Below, one piece after another: positions 25,810-37,920 of a stretch of 64,000 bases of DNA. The position numbers and the translations under genes were made by a program. Every line of letters starts with the position of its first letter. Positions within the stretch are counted from its first letter, which is position 1. The stretch is taken from positions 434,001 to 498,000 of the forward strand of contig CP145411.1 of NCBI GenBank assembly GCA_036867785.1. Direction: 5' to 3'. The notes beneath the pieces were generated by a model. It worked only from the letters and a program-made list of their open reading frames with translations. It did not search any database and was not told where the DNA came from. This DNA is from Plasmodiophora brassicae (lineage: Eukaryota).

Positions 25810-27420
25810 TCATTCATCAGCGTATTCGTCGTCCTGGTCGTCGTCGTCCTCGGACTGCTTAGCGTCGCCGTTCAGTTCGCTATAGTCGCGCTCGAGGTTG
25901 GCCAGGTCGTCCCGCGCCTCGGTGAACTCGCCTTCCTCCATGCCTTCGCCGACGTACCAGTGCACGAAGGCGCGCTTGCCGTACATCATGTCGAACTTCC
26001 GGTCGATGGCCGACATGACGTCGGCAATCGCCGTCGTGTTCGAGATCGTCGTCAGCGAGCGCTTCAGGACGGCAAGGTCCCCATCGGGGACCGTCGCCGG
26101 CTCCTGGCTGTTGATGCCGACCTTGAACCCAGTGGGGCACCTTCCCCAAGCGCTTAGACGCGTGATGGCCTGCGGAGCATCGACCCTTACCAATCCACGA
26201 AACGAATGTCGCGCTTGGCCTTCAGCATGGATATCGACGCGTTGACGTCCTTCGGGGCGACATCGCCTCGGTACATCAAACAGCAGGCGACGTACCGTCC
26301 AGAGGGAGGACGGCATCGGATCTAGAGACGGTTCAGGTGCTGTGCGCGGGCGCCAGGGCAGCGCATACCATCTGGTTAGCAGGTTCGAACGCGGCGCTCG
26401 TGATGTCAGCGACCGACATTCGCTCGTTGTAGGCCACCTGGGCGGAGACCACGGGGGCGTACGCCGTCACCGGGAAATGGAGGCGCGGGTACGGCACCAG
26501 GTTCGTTTGCAAATCGGACAGGTGCAGGTCGAGAGCGCCTTGGAACCTCGTCGACACCTGCACGAAATGTTCAGTGCGTTGCCCAGCGACTCGTCGTCAT
26601 ACCCACCGTCAGCGATGAGACGACTTGAGCGATGACACGGTTGAGGTTAAAGTACGTTGGCCTGGTGGCAGCTTTCGGTTGGGTTAACGTTATTATCAAC
26701 GAGCGAGTTCGTTACCGGTCGACGGCGAGGTTCCTTGAAGCGATGTCATACAGGGATTCGTTGTCGACCAGGAACGACAGGTCGGCGGTCGACATCGTGG
26801 CGTGTGTGGCCAGGACGGAGTTGTACGGTTCGACAGCGGCCGTGGTCACGTTCGGCGACGGGCAGATGGCCATCTGGACCTTTGTCTTCTTCGGGTACTC
26901 GGCGGCGATCTGCTCCAGCAGCAGCGACCCGAACCCGGACCCGGTCCCTCCGCCCAGACTCTGCACCAGGACGAAACCTTCGCACGTTGTCAGGTCAGTG
27001 TCGTGGGGCGGTACCGCATGCAGCGGGGCGACCTTGGAGCGACGAGCACCCGTCGGCGAGCTTGCGTAAGCGAGACAGGCTGCGTTCGAGGATCTCCTTG
27101 CCGATCGTGTAGTGCCCGCGCGCGTAATTGTTCGACGCGTCCTCCTTGCCGGTGATCAGCTGGTCCGGGTGGAACAGGTCGCGGAACGCGCCCCTCCTGA
27201 TCTCGTCGCAGACGGTGGGCTCCAGGTCGATCAAGGCCGACCGTGGGACGAACTTCCCCGTGTCCGTCTCGGCGAACATGGCGTCGTACTCGCCGACCAG
27301 CGGCGCCTCCGTCTGCATGCCATCCGGCGAGATGCCATGCTCCAGGCAGAACAGCTCCCAGCACGCGTTCCCAACCTGGACGCCACCCTGCCCGACGTGA
27401 ATCGTAACGATCTCGCGCAT
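25810..27420 (-). CDS. TUBA: Divergent alpha-tubulin (multi-exon)
   Basis: [63 protein letters not shown] and [17 protein letters not shown]. Confidence 0.92.
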
Positions 27421-27724
27421 GCTGCCAATGTGACCCGGTTCGGTGCACGTGCCCTGGGCGAGGCTGGGCCACTGAGCGCCCCACTGGAGTCACCGGCATG
27501 GCGCGTGCCCAACTACCGCGTTCGTCTGCCTCCCCGTGTTGTCCACGTTCCGTTCGCAGGTCGCCCTCCCTGGGCGGGGCGAACGTCACGAATGTTCCAG
27601 GCGCGCGCAGTCTTCTGCAGGACCATTTCGGGTGGACGCTCGGGCCTCGTTGCCGCACCTCACCTGCTGGCGTTCATTTGGATCGCAGGCGCCGGGCAAG
27701 ACCACCACATCGGCATCGCGAACC

Positions 27725-28039
27725 ATGCGGCCGGTCATCGTGGCACTTCTCGCTGTCGTCGTCATGAGCGCGCTCATGTCCGAGGCGGCCTTCGAGAACC
27801 AGACGCAGGCGATCGCGATCGCGCGCAGGGTATCTCAGGAGAAGGTCCTGGTGAGCCCGTCGTCGGCGTCGCCGAAGACGCCCAAGGCGTGGATGCTTAA
27901 GGAGTTCCTGGACGTCGACACGGACGAGGACGACCTGACCGAGCACATGGTGCAGCCGTGTCAACGCGTACGAAAAGTCGTGCGTCGTCGTAACTCGAAG
28001 AGCAGCTGGACCGGCCCCGATGATGACGAGGACTTCTGA
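27725..28039 (+). CDS. Small secreted protein (~104 aa), effector-like
   Basis: MRPVIVALLAVVVMSALMSEA signal-peptide-like start; intronless; GC3-rich codons. Confidence 0.6.
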   Translation: MRPVIVALLAVVVMSALMSEAAFENQTQAIAIARRVSQEKVLVSPSSASPKTPKAWMLKEFLDVDTDEDDLTEHMVQPCQRVRKVVRRRNSKSSWTGPDDDEDF

Positions 28040-28110
28040 ACGACCTGAGCTACGCGAACACACACACACATGTACACGTGTCCTATACAATTCATGGTTT
28101 ACGGCAGCGA

Positions 28111-28830
28111 TCACCATGCCATGACGTAGTCATTCAGGCCGATCATCGACTTGTCGTCACTGTCGCAGCTCGTCACCGACACCTTGCGTTTGTCGTCCGC
28201 CTTGAACACTTTTGACGATAGCGGTTCGGGTTCCTGTACGTTGCCGCCGTCGATGGAGCATCGCTTCCTGCTCGACGATTCATTGGCGTCGGCCAGCTCG
28301 GTGACGCCCAGGTCGCGTTCGTAGTTGATGGCCAAAAGCGAGAGCCGCACCGATCCTGGACTACAATCGTGTAAGCCGGCCATGAACAGCTCGTTCTGCA
28401 GAAACGTGATCTTGTCTCGCAGCGGAAGCGACGCCAGCAACACGAGGTCCACTCTGCCCCAGACATACGTGCGTCAGACTGAAAGAGCCTACGTCTGGAC
28501 ACGCGCTGCTTACTTGACATGCATGGCATCACAGAGCTCGCGAAGGTTTCGGTAGAACTTGGCCGACAATGACTTCGGGCGACGCAGGCGACGAGGTTTG
28601 GATTGGAACGGCGTCCGGTAACGGAGGCACTCGACGACACTGTTCGTCATGCGGCGAATCGCGTCACGGTACAATGTGAGGGAACCTTCGGGAAGTTGGA
28701 GTTCCTGTTCGAGGAACTGACGGATCAGTCTGGGGGTGGCAGGCTGCTCCAAGCCATCGTCGAGAAGGCGTGTGCGGATCAGGAATCGGATGCGGTCGGC
28801 GTCGGAGCGCAGCACGGCGGCGATGGACAT
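28111..28830 (-). CDS. DEK-C/HIRIP3-like small chromatin protein (2 exons)
   Basis: N-terminal TPRLIRQFLEQELQLPEGSL resembles a DEK-C-like helix module; the second exon is ORF 28111-28452. The family call is tentative. Confidence 0.4.
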
Positions 28831-29116
28831 CTTTAAAATAGAAGTATTCAGGAGGACGATTTGTTAGTTTGCGTTCGTGCAGCGGGGGGAGACCACTGCC
28901 AATTGTGATCCCCGACCAGATCGATCGACGGACTAATCGCGCAAGGCAGCTGTACGATGGACCTTGCCCGTACGCCTTGCCCGGGTAGGTGACGTAGACA
29001 CTAGAAGTACCATAATAACATCGACGTATATAGGTAGGTACATAGGACGGTAGTGTACACAGATCAGCCCTCGATATTGCAGACAGTGCATCTTCAGCCA
29101 ACCGCCAACCGGTACC

Positions 29117-30066
29117 TAGAGATGGCAGCGGGTCGACCCGACCCGAGTCGACCCGGGTCGACCCGACCCGACCCGACTCACCCGTGGGGGTTCCCAGTCG
29201 ACCCGGGTCAGACCCGCCGCGCCCGCCCATGACCCGGGTCGACCCGGGTCGACCCGGGTCATGGACCTGCAGTTGGCATAGCGGACTTGGGGGTGGCAGA
29301 CACTGATCTCGACAGACTCGACTCTCGGCCCTCGGGGTGCCGGGACTTGCTGACGGCCGGCCCGCCGTCCCTGGCCGCAGATTGGGCTCCGGAGTCAAGG
29401 CGATCCTCTGGATCGAGCACCTTCGTGTTGTGTCAACGTACACTCGTCGTCGAGTTTACTTGGCACTAGAGTGCTCGCAAGAATGCCAAGATTGCAAGTC
29501 ACTCAGTTGCAGACGGCGCCACTTCAAATCCCGAATCTTCTTCGTTGGATGCGACGACAGCGATAAACAGCCTGCGAACTTTGCTAAAGTCGAACGAAAA
29601 GCACCCAGACCACCTAGAGAAGTGAAGCTTCCAGCGAGTCCTTCGAGAACGAACTGCAGCGGTGGTTCTCCCACCGGAAATGTCAGGGGAGAAGAGCGCC
29701 CGTGACGTTCGCACGTGGTTAGGTTAGTTAGCAACTGTTTCCACGGGTCGCGATGAGGGCACGTGACTTCATGGGCTTCAACCTCGGTTACGCCGCACGC
29801 GCCTGAGCGACCCAGCGGGCCAGCAGCGAGTGCCATATGCGAATTGCAGTCCTTCAGACGACGTATTCTATTAATTCGTCGACAGTCATGTCTTATGGAG
29901 GTGTTTCCCGGCCAGTGGCCTGACATTCATTCCGACCCGGGTCGACCCGGGTCTGACCCGGGTCTGACCCGGGTCCGACCCGTTGGCCTCAGGACTCGAC
30001 CCGGGTCAGACCCGACTCGGCAGGTCCCTGACCCGCCCGACCCGGGTCGACCCGTTGACATTACTA
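29117..30066. mobile_element. Non-autonomous hAT-type element/MITE (950 bp)
   Basis: 8-bp TSD CCGGTACC at 29109-29116 and 30067-30074; imperfect TIRs TAGAGATGGCAGCGGGTCGACCCG and CGGGTCGACCCGTTGACATTACTA; dense GACCC/GGGTC subterminal repeats at both ends. Confidence 0.88.
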
Positions 30067-30123
30067 CCGGTACCCCGCACGGACTCCGTGACGGACCCCG
30101 TGGAATTTCGACCAGACGGCACT

Positions 30124-32888
30124 ATGGCTGACAATCGCGACGTTGTCGACAGTGATAATGATAACGGTGCCATCGAGCATCTTCGGAATGAAAAGTCCTC
30201 GAAGAAGACAGGTAAAGGAGGGTTCCAAGGCATGGGGCTGTCACCGCCTGTGTTCCGGGCTATTATGAAGCGAGGTTGGGCTGGTCAGTGCGATATGTCG
30301 AGTTTTCTGTTAACATTTTGACTGCCAGGGTATCGGATTCCTACACCAATCCAAAGGAAATGTATCCCGTCGATACTATCTGGTAGAGACATCGTCGCGA
30401 TGGCTCGGACTGGAAGCGGTAAAACTGCTGCCTTCCTAATTCCTATTCTTGAGAAGTTGAAAGAACACTCGACCACTGTCGGCGCCCGGGCCGTTATTAT
30501 CTCTCCCACACGGTCAGGACGATTCTAAATGACATATTCTGCTTTCGTACTGAGACACCTACAGAGAGTTGACGCTGCAGACCTCAAAATACGTTCGCGA
30601 GCTTGGCAAGTTCACAGACCTGCGCCACTGCTTGCTTCTCGGAGGTGACTCGATGGAGGAGCAGTTTGACGCCCTGGCCAGTAATCCAGACATCATCATT
30701 GCAACGCCAGGACGGCTATGCCACGTTGCCAAAGCGACCAACCTGAGCCTCAAGACCTGCGAATACGTCGTATTTGACGAAGCCGATCGCCTTTTCGAAA
30801 TGGTTACAAATTCTGCGTTGCATTCATGTGCGGTGACCTGACGTTGGGGAATAGGGGTTTGCCGCCCAAGTTCGTCAGATTCTTGAACTGATGCCGGACA
30901 CTCGGCAAACCCTTCTCTTCTCGGCGACTATGCCTCGTATGCTGGCAGATTTCACGCAAGCTGGGCTGAACTCCCCCCAGGTTTGTCGCTTGGTATGTCG
31001 GCGTGAGGCGCTGTGGACTGACCCAGACGGATATCAGTTGATTCGCTTGGATGCGGAAGCGCAAATTTCGTCGTCGCTGGAGAACAATCTGCTTGCTGTT
31101 CGCCCTGATCAGAAGCTGGGCGCATTCATGTACCTCATGCGGCATGTCATTGGGCGCACAGAACAGACGATTGTATTCGCGTGCACTCGTCACCACGTTG
31201 AATTCCTGAATCGCATCCTTGTCGATGAAGGGTTCGAGGCAACCTTAATTTACGGTAGATACTCGTCCGGCTGGAGAAAGTATAGACGTCATTAACGCGC
31301 TGGACAGGTGCAATGGACGCGTTTGCACGCAAGGTCAACCTGGGCAAGTTCCGTGCTGGTAAGGCCCGCATCTTGGTAGTGACGGACGTCGCTGCCCGAG
31401 GACTTGATCTTCCTCTTCTCGACAACGTCATCAATGTGCACTTCCCGAGCTCGCCCAAGCTGTTCGTTCATCGAGTGGGCAGAGTTGCCCGTGCAGGTCG
31501 AACTGGACGTGCATTTTCTCTCGTCGAACCGGTGAGTTATTATACGGTTCTGTCTTGCGAAAGGGTGGTAACACTTGCCGATAGGCGGAGGTCCCGTACA
31601 TGCTGGATCTCTGTCTGTACGTCGGATCTGGAGAACCGCAGGTTGTGCTGGATACATCGGCTGCGCCGTCTAGCGACACGACGACGGGGAAACCATGCCT
31701 TGGCGCCATGCCAGTGGCGGTTGACGAAGAAACCGAGGCCTGCCGGCGCCAGATCGCTCGAACAAATGATCTCGTGTCTTTGGAGAGAGTGTGCGACCGT
31801 GCGTACAAACTGTATTGCAAGACGAAACCCAGTGCATCTCCATCTTCGGCAGCGCGAGCTAAGGACCCTGGGTTCTGCATTCGATCACTCCGGCAGCACC
31901 CTCTGTTCAAGAGTGAGGCCAGCGCTATTGACGATGAGCACCAACATCTTCTCGCAGGCATTCGCGACTTCAAGCCAAGTCAGTATTCTCTTTCGCTCTC
32001 TCTGTGCTTGAAAGTGTGTGCGATCCGGCTGACGTTCTATTCAGAGGGGACTGTGTTTGAAATCGGGAAGCAGGATGCGGTGATGAGGGAAATGCGGCAG
32101 GTTCATGGCGCGAAGATTGAACGGAATCGCCAAACGAACGGTCACGTTGATATCGAACGCCGTAACTTCAGGTATCGTTCTCGCGTCGATGCACGTTTGT
32201 TCGAGCTTTTCCTAATTTGAAGTGGCACCACAGGGATGATCAGCATTTCATCGGAAAGAATGGAGCGATGGATCAGGATGGCCTGGAAGTCGTGCTCCAG
32301 TCTGAACCGAAACGTATTGCCGACCTTACCGTCGAGGTTGATGGAGATGATGCCGAGATGATGCGGAGCATGAGGTCGAGACGTTGTTGATGTTCCTATG
32401 GGACTTCGAGCGGTTGCTTACATTCCAGCACAGGTCAATTCGTCGGTGGGACCAGAAACAAAAGAAATTCGTCCGCCTGGGACAAATTGTGGATGAAGCC
32501 CGTAATGAGGCTGGGGCCAGGATAAAGAAGAATGAACGCCAGGGCGGCGCGGCTGATCCGTACCTGAAGTGGTGCTCGAAGAACAAGAAATCTATCCCTG
32601 AGGTGGGAGCCACTTTACCGATGGTCGTGCTAACCCTTCTGACATCCGAGGGCATAGGCGGGATCCAGCGAACCGAGCAACGGACCTGTACGAGGCGGGC
32701 TGCTGAACAGAGTCAGCAGTAGGTTCGCGGCGAACAACAAGAACTCGGAGAACAACTCGAAGCCAGTACGCAGCGAGCTGAAGTCTATCGAGGAGGTTCG
32801 GAAACAGCGGAAGACAACTGCCAAGCGCTCGCGGGCAGCCGGCAAGCCAACTCGAAAGCGTACCGGGAACAAGCGGCAACGACGCTGA
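30124..32888 (+). CDS. DDX54: DEAD-box RNA helicase DDX54/Dbp10 (multi-exon)
   Basis: [66 protein letters not shown] and C-terminal WDQKQKKFV...NEAGARI. Confidence 0.92.
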
Positions 32889-33310
32889 CATTTATCGAGA
32901 CATTTATCGATCCCCTACTACAGTATTCGCTCGTCATGCAAGGATGCTTCGCCAGGTCGCGATTGGCTAGGCTTGGCCACAGCAGCCGACCTTGGACAAC
33001 AATACGCGATAGACGCGCGCGCGCGCACATGTCGTCCCGTGTGCCATTCAGGTTCTTGCAGCACGACATGCCGTTCCCGATATGTGCGGCAAAGTTCATG
33101 GTCGGATATCGTTGAGCGGCAGACATGAATGCTGCATCAGGCCAGCATCACACACGCGTGACGAGACAAATGGAGCGTACCGCATACGAACGGATGCACA
33201 TTGCACCACCTATGGGTACCGTCCTGTGTCCCGGGGATTGCACTTTGTCTGATCAGGTCACAACACGTCACGGGTTTTTTGATCCGTCGTCAGACGCGGT
33301 TGATCGCAGG

Positions 33311-35503
33311 ATGATGATGATGTGGTGTCTGGTCGCGGCCTTCGTTGTGGCACCCTGCCTGGGGTTCCTGTCGCAGGATGCGCTGCGAGCTGATGTGTCG
33401 TCGCGCCTGACGACGGCCCAGTTGAAGTCGCACGATATCGGCGATCTGCTCGCGACCGTGCACGCCGCGACCCTGCTCGGCGTGTCGATGCCGAACGGGG
33501 TGTGTGCCGCGCTGAAGAAACGGGACGAACGCACCATCGTCTTGGCTCGTACCGCTGCGCTTGCCGGGTGCGAGCCGCTCCCTGCCATCAAGAATCCGGA
33601 CAACGTCGAGGTAGTGCCGTCCCACCACGTCGTCTGCCATACCGTTCCTGATTCATGTTTACCCCTTCAGGAGGTTTATCACTCTGCGATGGTGGCACTT
33701 CGATCGGAGGCCTTCCCTGGCCTTGTCGCCAAGTTGAAGGGCGCGACGTCCGATCGGGACACGGCTCTTCTGCTTGATGCCGCTGCATCGGTGGCGACGA
33801 AGCATCCCGAGGTCGTCAAGACAGCGGACTTCAAAACCTTCGTGACATCTCTGGAGCGCGCTGTGACGACGATCTTCCGCTCGGGGTCGTTTCAGTAAGT
33901 ACCCTGGTGGCTGGCGACATTATTCATTGCTTACGTGGTGTGCACGAAAGTGTCGACGGGAAGGCGTCTACTGCGGTCGTTCTGTCACATCTCGGCTCTG
34001 CTGCGTTCACCATGGCGTCCGGTGGACATTTCAAGATCGCTAGCGAGTTTGCGCACCATCTCGCCCAGACAATTGTCCATGTCGGCACGTCAACCGCGTC
34101 GCCCGGGGATCAGGCCGCCGTTATTCGCCTGTCTCAGATCCTGGCTAAGAACTCTGCGCTTGTCCCCGTGGTGTTCGATGTCGTACAGGCAAAGGTTGGT
34201 TGCCGTTGTGGTTGGACCCATGCCCATCACTAACTACGGGACGTAGGACGGCGTCCTGAAAGTTAAATTCGGCAATGTGTTCGGCGAATCCACACAGGTT
34301 TCGTCGGCGTCTGTTGCTTCGTGCAAATCGGCGTCCGGGGCTTCGCTGACGTCGGGAGTGCTGGCGATGAAACCGCTGGGGTCGGGCTCATTCGAAGCTG
34401 TGCTCGATACGAAGAAGGCTTCTCCTGGGGTATACGTTCCAGAGATCCGCATCTCTTCGCCGTCGTTAGGCGATGTTTCATTACCCTCAAAGCCTGAAGC
34501 CGTCATTGCCGTTTTCGGAGATGCAAAGGTTGGACCCGTTTCCGTCTGGACGTCAAGTGGGAAATCCGAGAGCGATCATATTACGTACGTTTGACGGATC
34601 TTCTGCCATCATTGCACTTACAAATGGTCCTAAGGGTGTCCTTCCCGAAAATGGCTGGCGAAGAGCTACAAATTGACTCGTCATCGAGGTTCTTTCATGC
34701 CAAGTTCAAGCTGGAGGGATCCGTTGATCAGCCCGCATACGTTGGCCTTGCTCTTAAGAACCAAGACACAGGACTCTCCACTGTATTCGTTCCCAAATTC
34801 AAATCTGGCGAGTACAGCTTGAAACTCAAGTACACGCATCCAGTTTTCGCTCAGGCCGTTCCTGGCAACGGTTTGGGCAGTCATTCGTGGGTGACCTTAC
34901 GCCATGTTTACACTGGATTTGACAGGCAAATACTTTCTTCGCCTTGTGGTCAGCGACCCTACGCTGGAGAGTGTGTTAGACTGGAAGATCTGTAACGTCA
35001 ACATTGACCTGGAACGTGTTCCCGGTGCAATTCGACTCGCGCAAGCGCTATCACACAGGTACTGCCAGTTGTAGAACGTTTGTGTTCGATTTTATGCTGT
35101 AATAATTCGTTTATTGCCTTTATTGGATGAGTGCACGCGTCCTTGATCATGACTTTGACTTTACAGGACGCTCTCGGAAATCAGTCATATGTTTCGTCCG
35201 CGCGATTCCAGGCCGTCGTCGATCTTTGCTCTCGTTTTCACTGTCTTGGCCATATTTCCAATGGTGGCTCTTGTATCGGCATGGAAAGCCATTGGGCTCA
35301 ATGTTGCTGTTCCCGATACCCGCTCCTTTCTCTTCCATGCCCTTCTGGCATCGATTCTGCTGCTATTCACAACGTATTGGATCGGGTTAACGTTCTTCGA
35401 CACGTTGAAATGGCTGGTGCTTGTCGGAAGTGGTGCCATATTCGCGGGCCATAGTGCTCTGCAGGCGCGCATTTCTGTCGACGCCCAGAAGAAGAACGAC
35501 TAA
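33311..35503 (+). CDS. RPN2: Oligosaccharyltransferase subunit ribophorin II/Swp1 (multi-exon)
   Basis: N-terminal signal peptide and a long lumenal region; last exon EISHMFRPRDSRPS followed by three TM segments (FHALL, YWIGLTFFDTL, FAGHSAL) and a KKND C-terminus. Confidence 0.78.
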
Positions 35504-35630
35504 TGACGAGGTCTGGCGACCTCGCCATCTCAATACAGTTGAAAAACCCGCTGCAGTTAACCCATTTGTTGAGTTTGGATTTGTTTCGTGAGATGCGCTC
35601 CCCCAGAACGCTCTAAATGTGTTCCTTCAG

Positions 35631-35991
35631 GGTCTTACCGGAGCAGCAATTTACATTCCGATCAGAGATTCCTGCTCCCCATAGGGTTTTCTCGGCAATC
35701 TTCATGATCTTGGCAGCGGGCCCGCTGCTCGCTCTTGTACGATGGTGGGTTTATATTGGTGTCAACGTCGACCTCAACGGAAACTATCTTGCGATTGCTT
35801 TCCATGCCGTTCTGATGGCTGCTATGCTGTCCCTGGGTTCGTACTGGTGGGGGGCAACTGTATTCCAACCATTGCGCTCTCAGGTCGTTCTCGGAACTAT
35901 TGCGGTTGTGGTTGGCAACCGTCTGCTACGCCAGTGCCGAGTGTGCGAAGAGGACGATGAGAGCGCGACAGAGAAGCTGAAACGTGACTAA
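35631..35991 (+). CDS. Paralogous duplicate of the ribophorin II terminal exon (candidate alternative last exon)
   Basis: Acceptor ttccttcag at 35630 is in the same phase as the 35166 acceptor. The exon encodes LPEQQFTFRSEIPAP...FHAVL...YWWGATVFQPL...VVGNRLL...KLKRD, colinear with the first last exon. Confidence 0.65.
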
Positions 35992-36313
35992 TTGCCATTC
36001 CTTTCCCTGCTGACCACTCGTGCCCACTCCATGCTTCTTGACGTACACACTACGCCATTATTGATCATGGTGGTTCCCCATTGCCTAAGCAGACCGAGGG
36101 CGGGACCCGCTGCTGTGAGACGAATAGCGTCACATCGGCAGGAGCGTGCGCGCATCGCTCAACAGTATGCTGAATACGTCAGGCACAGCAGGATCATGCT
36201 GCACATTTGGACGCATACATCATCAAACGTATAGGCACATGTATTGAAGACAGCTTGGGCCTGTGGAAGATGACTCGAAGAAAACCCTGCCGGGCAGCGC
36301 GGCAACGACGAGA

Positions 36314-37376
36314 TTAGGCGGTATGGACTTGACTGTAGCGACGGGTGACGACCTTGGCGTAGACGACGAAGCCAACGAGCAGGGCGAGGTCGCCTCCGAG
36401 GACGCTCCACGACTGTTTGCTGCCCGTGTCGCGAAACGCTTCCGTCACGCGAACAAGGACGTACACGTAGCAGACGCGAAACGCGTTCGGTAGCAGGTTA
36501 AACAGAACGTGCCTGACGACGTTGTCGTTGCGCTCCGATTGAGACGTGCCGACCGTCGCATACATCATCGTCGACAGGCCGTGCATGACGATCTGCAGAA
36601 GCGCCAGGGACACGAGGATCGATCCGAACAGAGTGTCGGCCTCGACCGAATCCGACGGCGGCGCCGGCGTCACGTACGTGTACTGCCCCGTGCTCGGGTC
36701 GTAATGGGAGGTGGCAGACGATGGGGGCGTCGGCGAGAAGATCACCTGGGGGATCGCCATGGCCAGGCTGACGAGCAGGCCGTCCGACGCCGCGTACCCG
36801 AGCGCGTTCGCCAGCATCGGCAGGATCGAAGACGTCTTGCCGCGGTGAATATATTCAATGACGGCGCCTTGCTTGGAAGCCTCCTGCAATGTCACCAACG
36901 TGAGGACGGCGAACAGCTGGACCTTATGGTTCAGGAAGTCGGGCCCGTTGTCCGGGACGTTGTTGTGCCTGGCCGTCGCCGTGGCTTGAAGGGCACCCAG
37001 CACGTCAACGGCGAACGTCAGGATCAGGGCGCAGATCTGGAGTTTGACGTTTGTGGCGAATCCGCGCGCGAACCCCATCAGCGTGTGCCCTGCGTATCGG
37101 GTCAGACGTCGCATCGGTGGGATCTGGATCGTCCTTACCGACGGTGACGTCCGTGTGGCCCCGTTTCGACGCAACGTAAACGACCGTGCCGAGGATCGGG
37201 ACGCAGAACGCGGCGAACAGGAGGGCGCTGCGCCAGTTGATGGTGGCGGCCACGATCCACAGGACCAGGAAGGACAGGGCCGAGACGAACAGGGAGCCGT
37301 TGTGCGGGCGCGCATCGTCGTGACGCGGGTGCAGGTCGATCCCGTCGTGCGCGGAACTGGGCTCTTGCAGGATCAT
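36314..37376 (-). CDS. Multi-pass membrane protein, degenerate PrsW-like
   Basis: Several TM segments across ORFs 37005-37376 and 36314-37315 (intron ~37090-37138). QEASK, LGYAASDG and MHGLST resemble PrsW motifs with substitutions. Confidence 0.5.
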
Positions 37377-37920
37377 CGCTTACGTGTACCGGCAGGGGAT
37401 GCTCACCGTGTGCTGCAGGAGCTGGCCTCGCTATTTGGGATATGAGGTTCAGATGTCGCGCGCTGATCGCGTCCATATCCCTGCGGTGGATTCACTGATG
37501 TTGGAATATCCACTCGCCCGACGATATCTCAGCGTCGTTCGCCGCCGCGAATCTGTATGTGGTGGGCACCGTGCAGGATTTTATGGGTGAAGCTTGCTGT
37601 TGCGAGGCGATAGGTGCAGGGCCTTTGAAAACGGGCGGGCGTGGGCCCGGTTGTCGGCAGGGGAACGGGCACGCTGACGAGCGAGGGCGTTGTTGTCCGG
37701 GTAGTGGGCCGTCGACGGCACCGCTTCCTCGTCCTGGACCGCCTCCTCGGTCGTCTTCTGGGCGGCAACCTCGACGTCTTCGACCTTCTCTTTCTCGTCC
37801 TTGACATGCAGCGGTTTCTCATGATGCCGCGCCATCGGGCGTCGAGCGCCACCTGCGATCCGCGCCTTCTGGGCCTTGGGCTTCGTGGCTTGCATCGTCT
37901 GCGACTCCACCATTGCGTTC

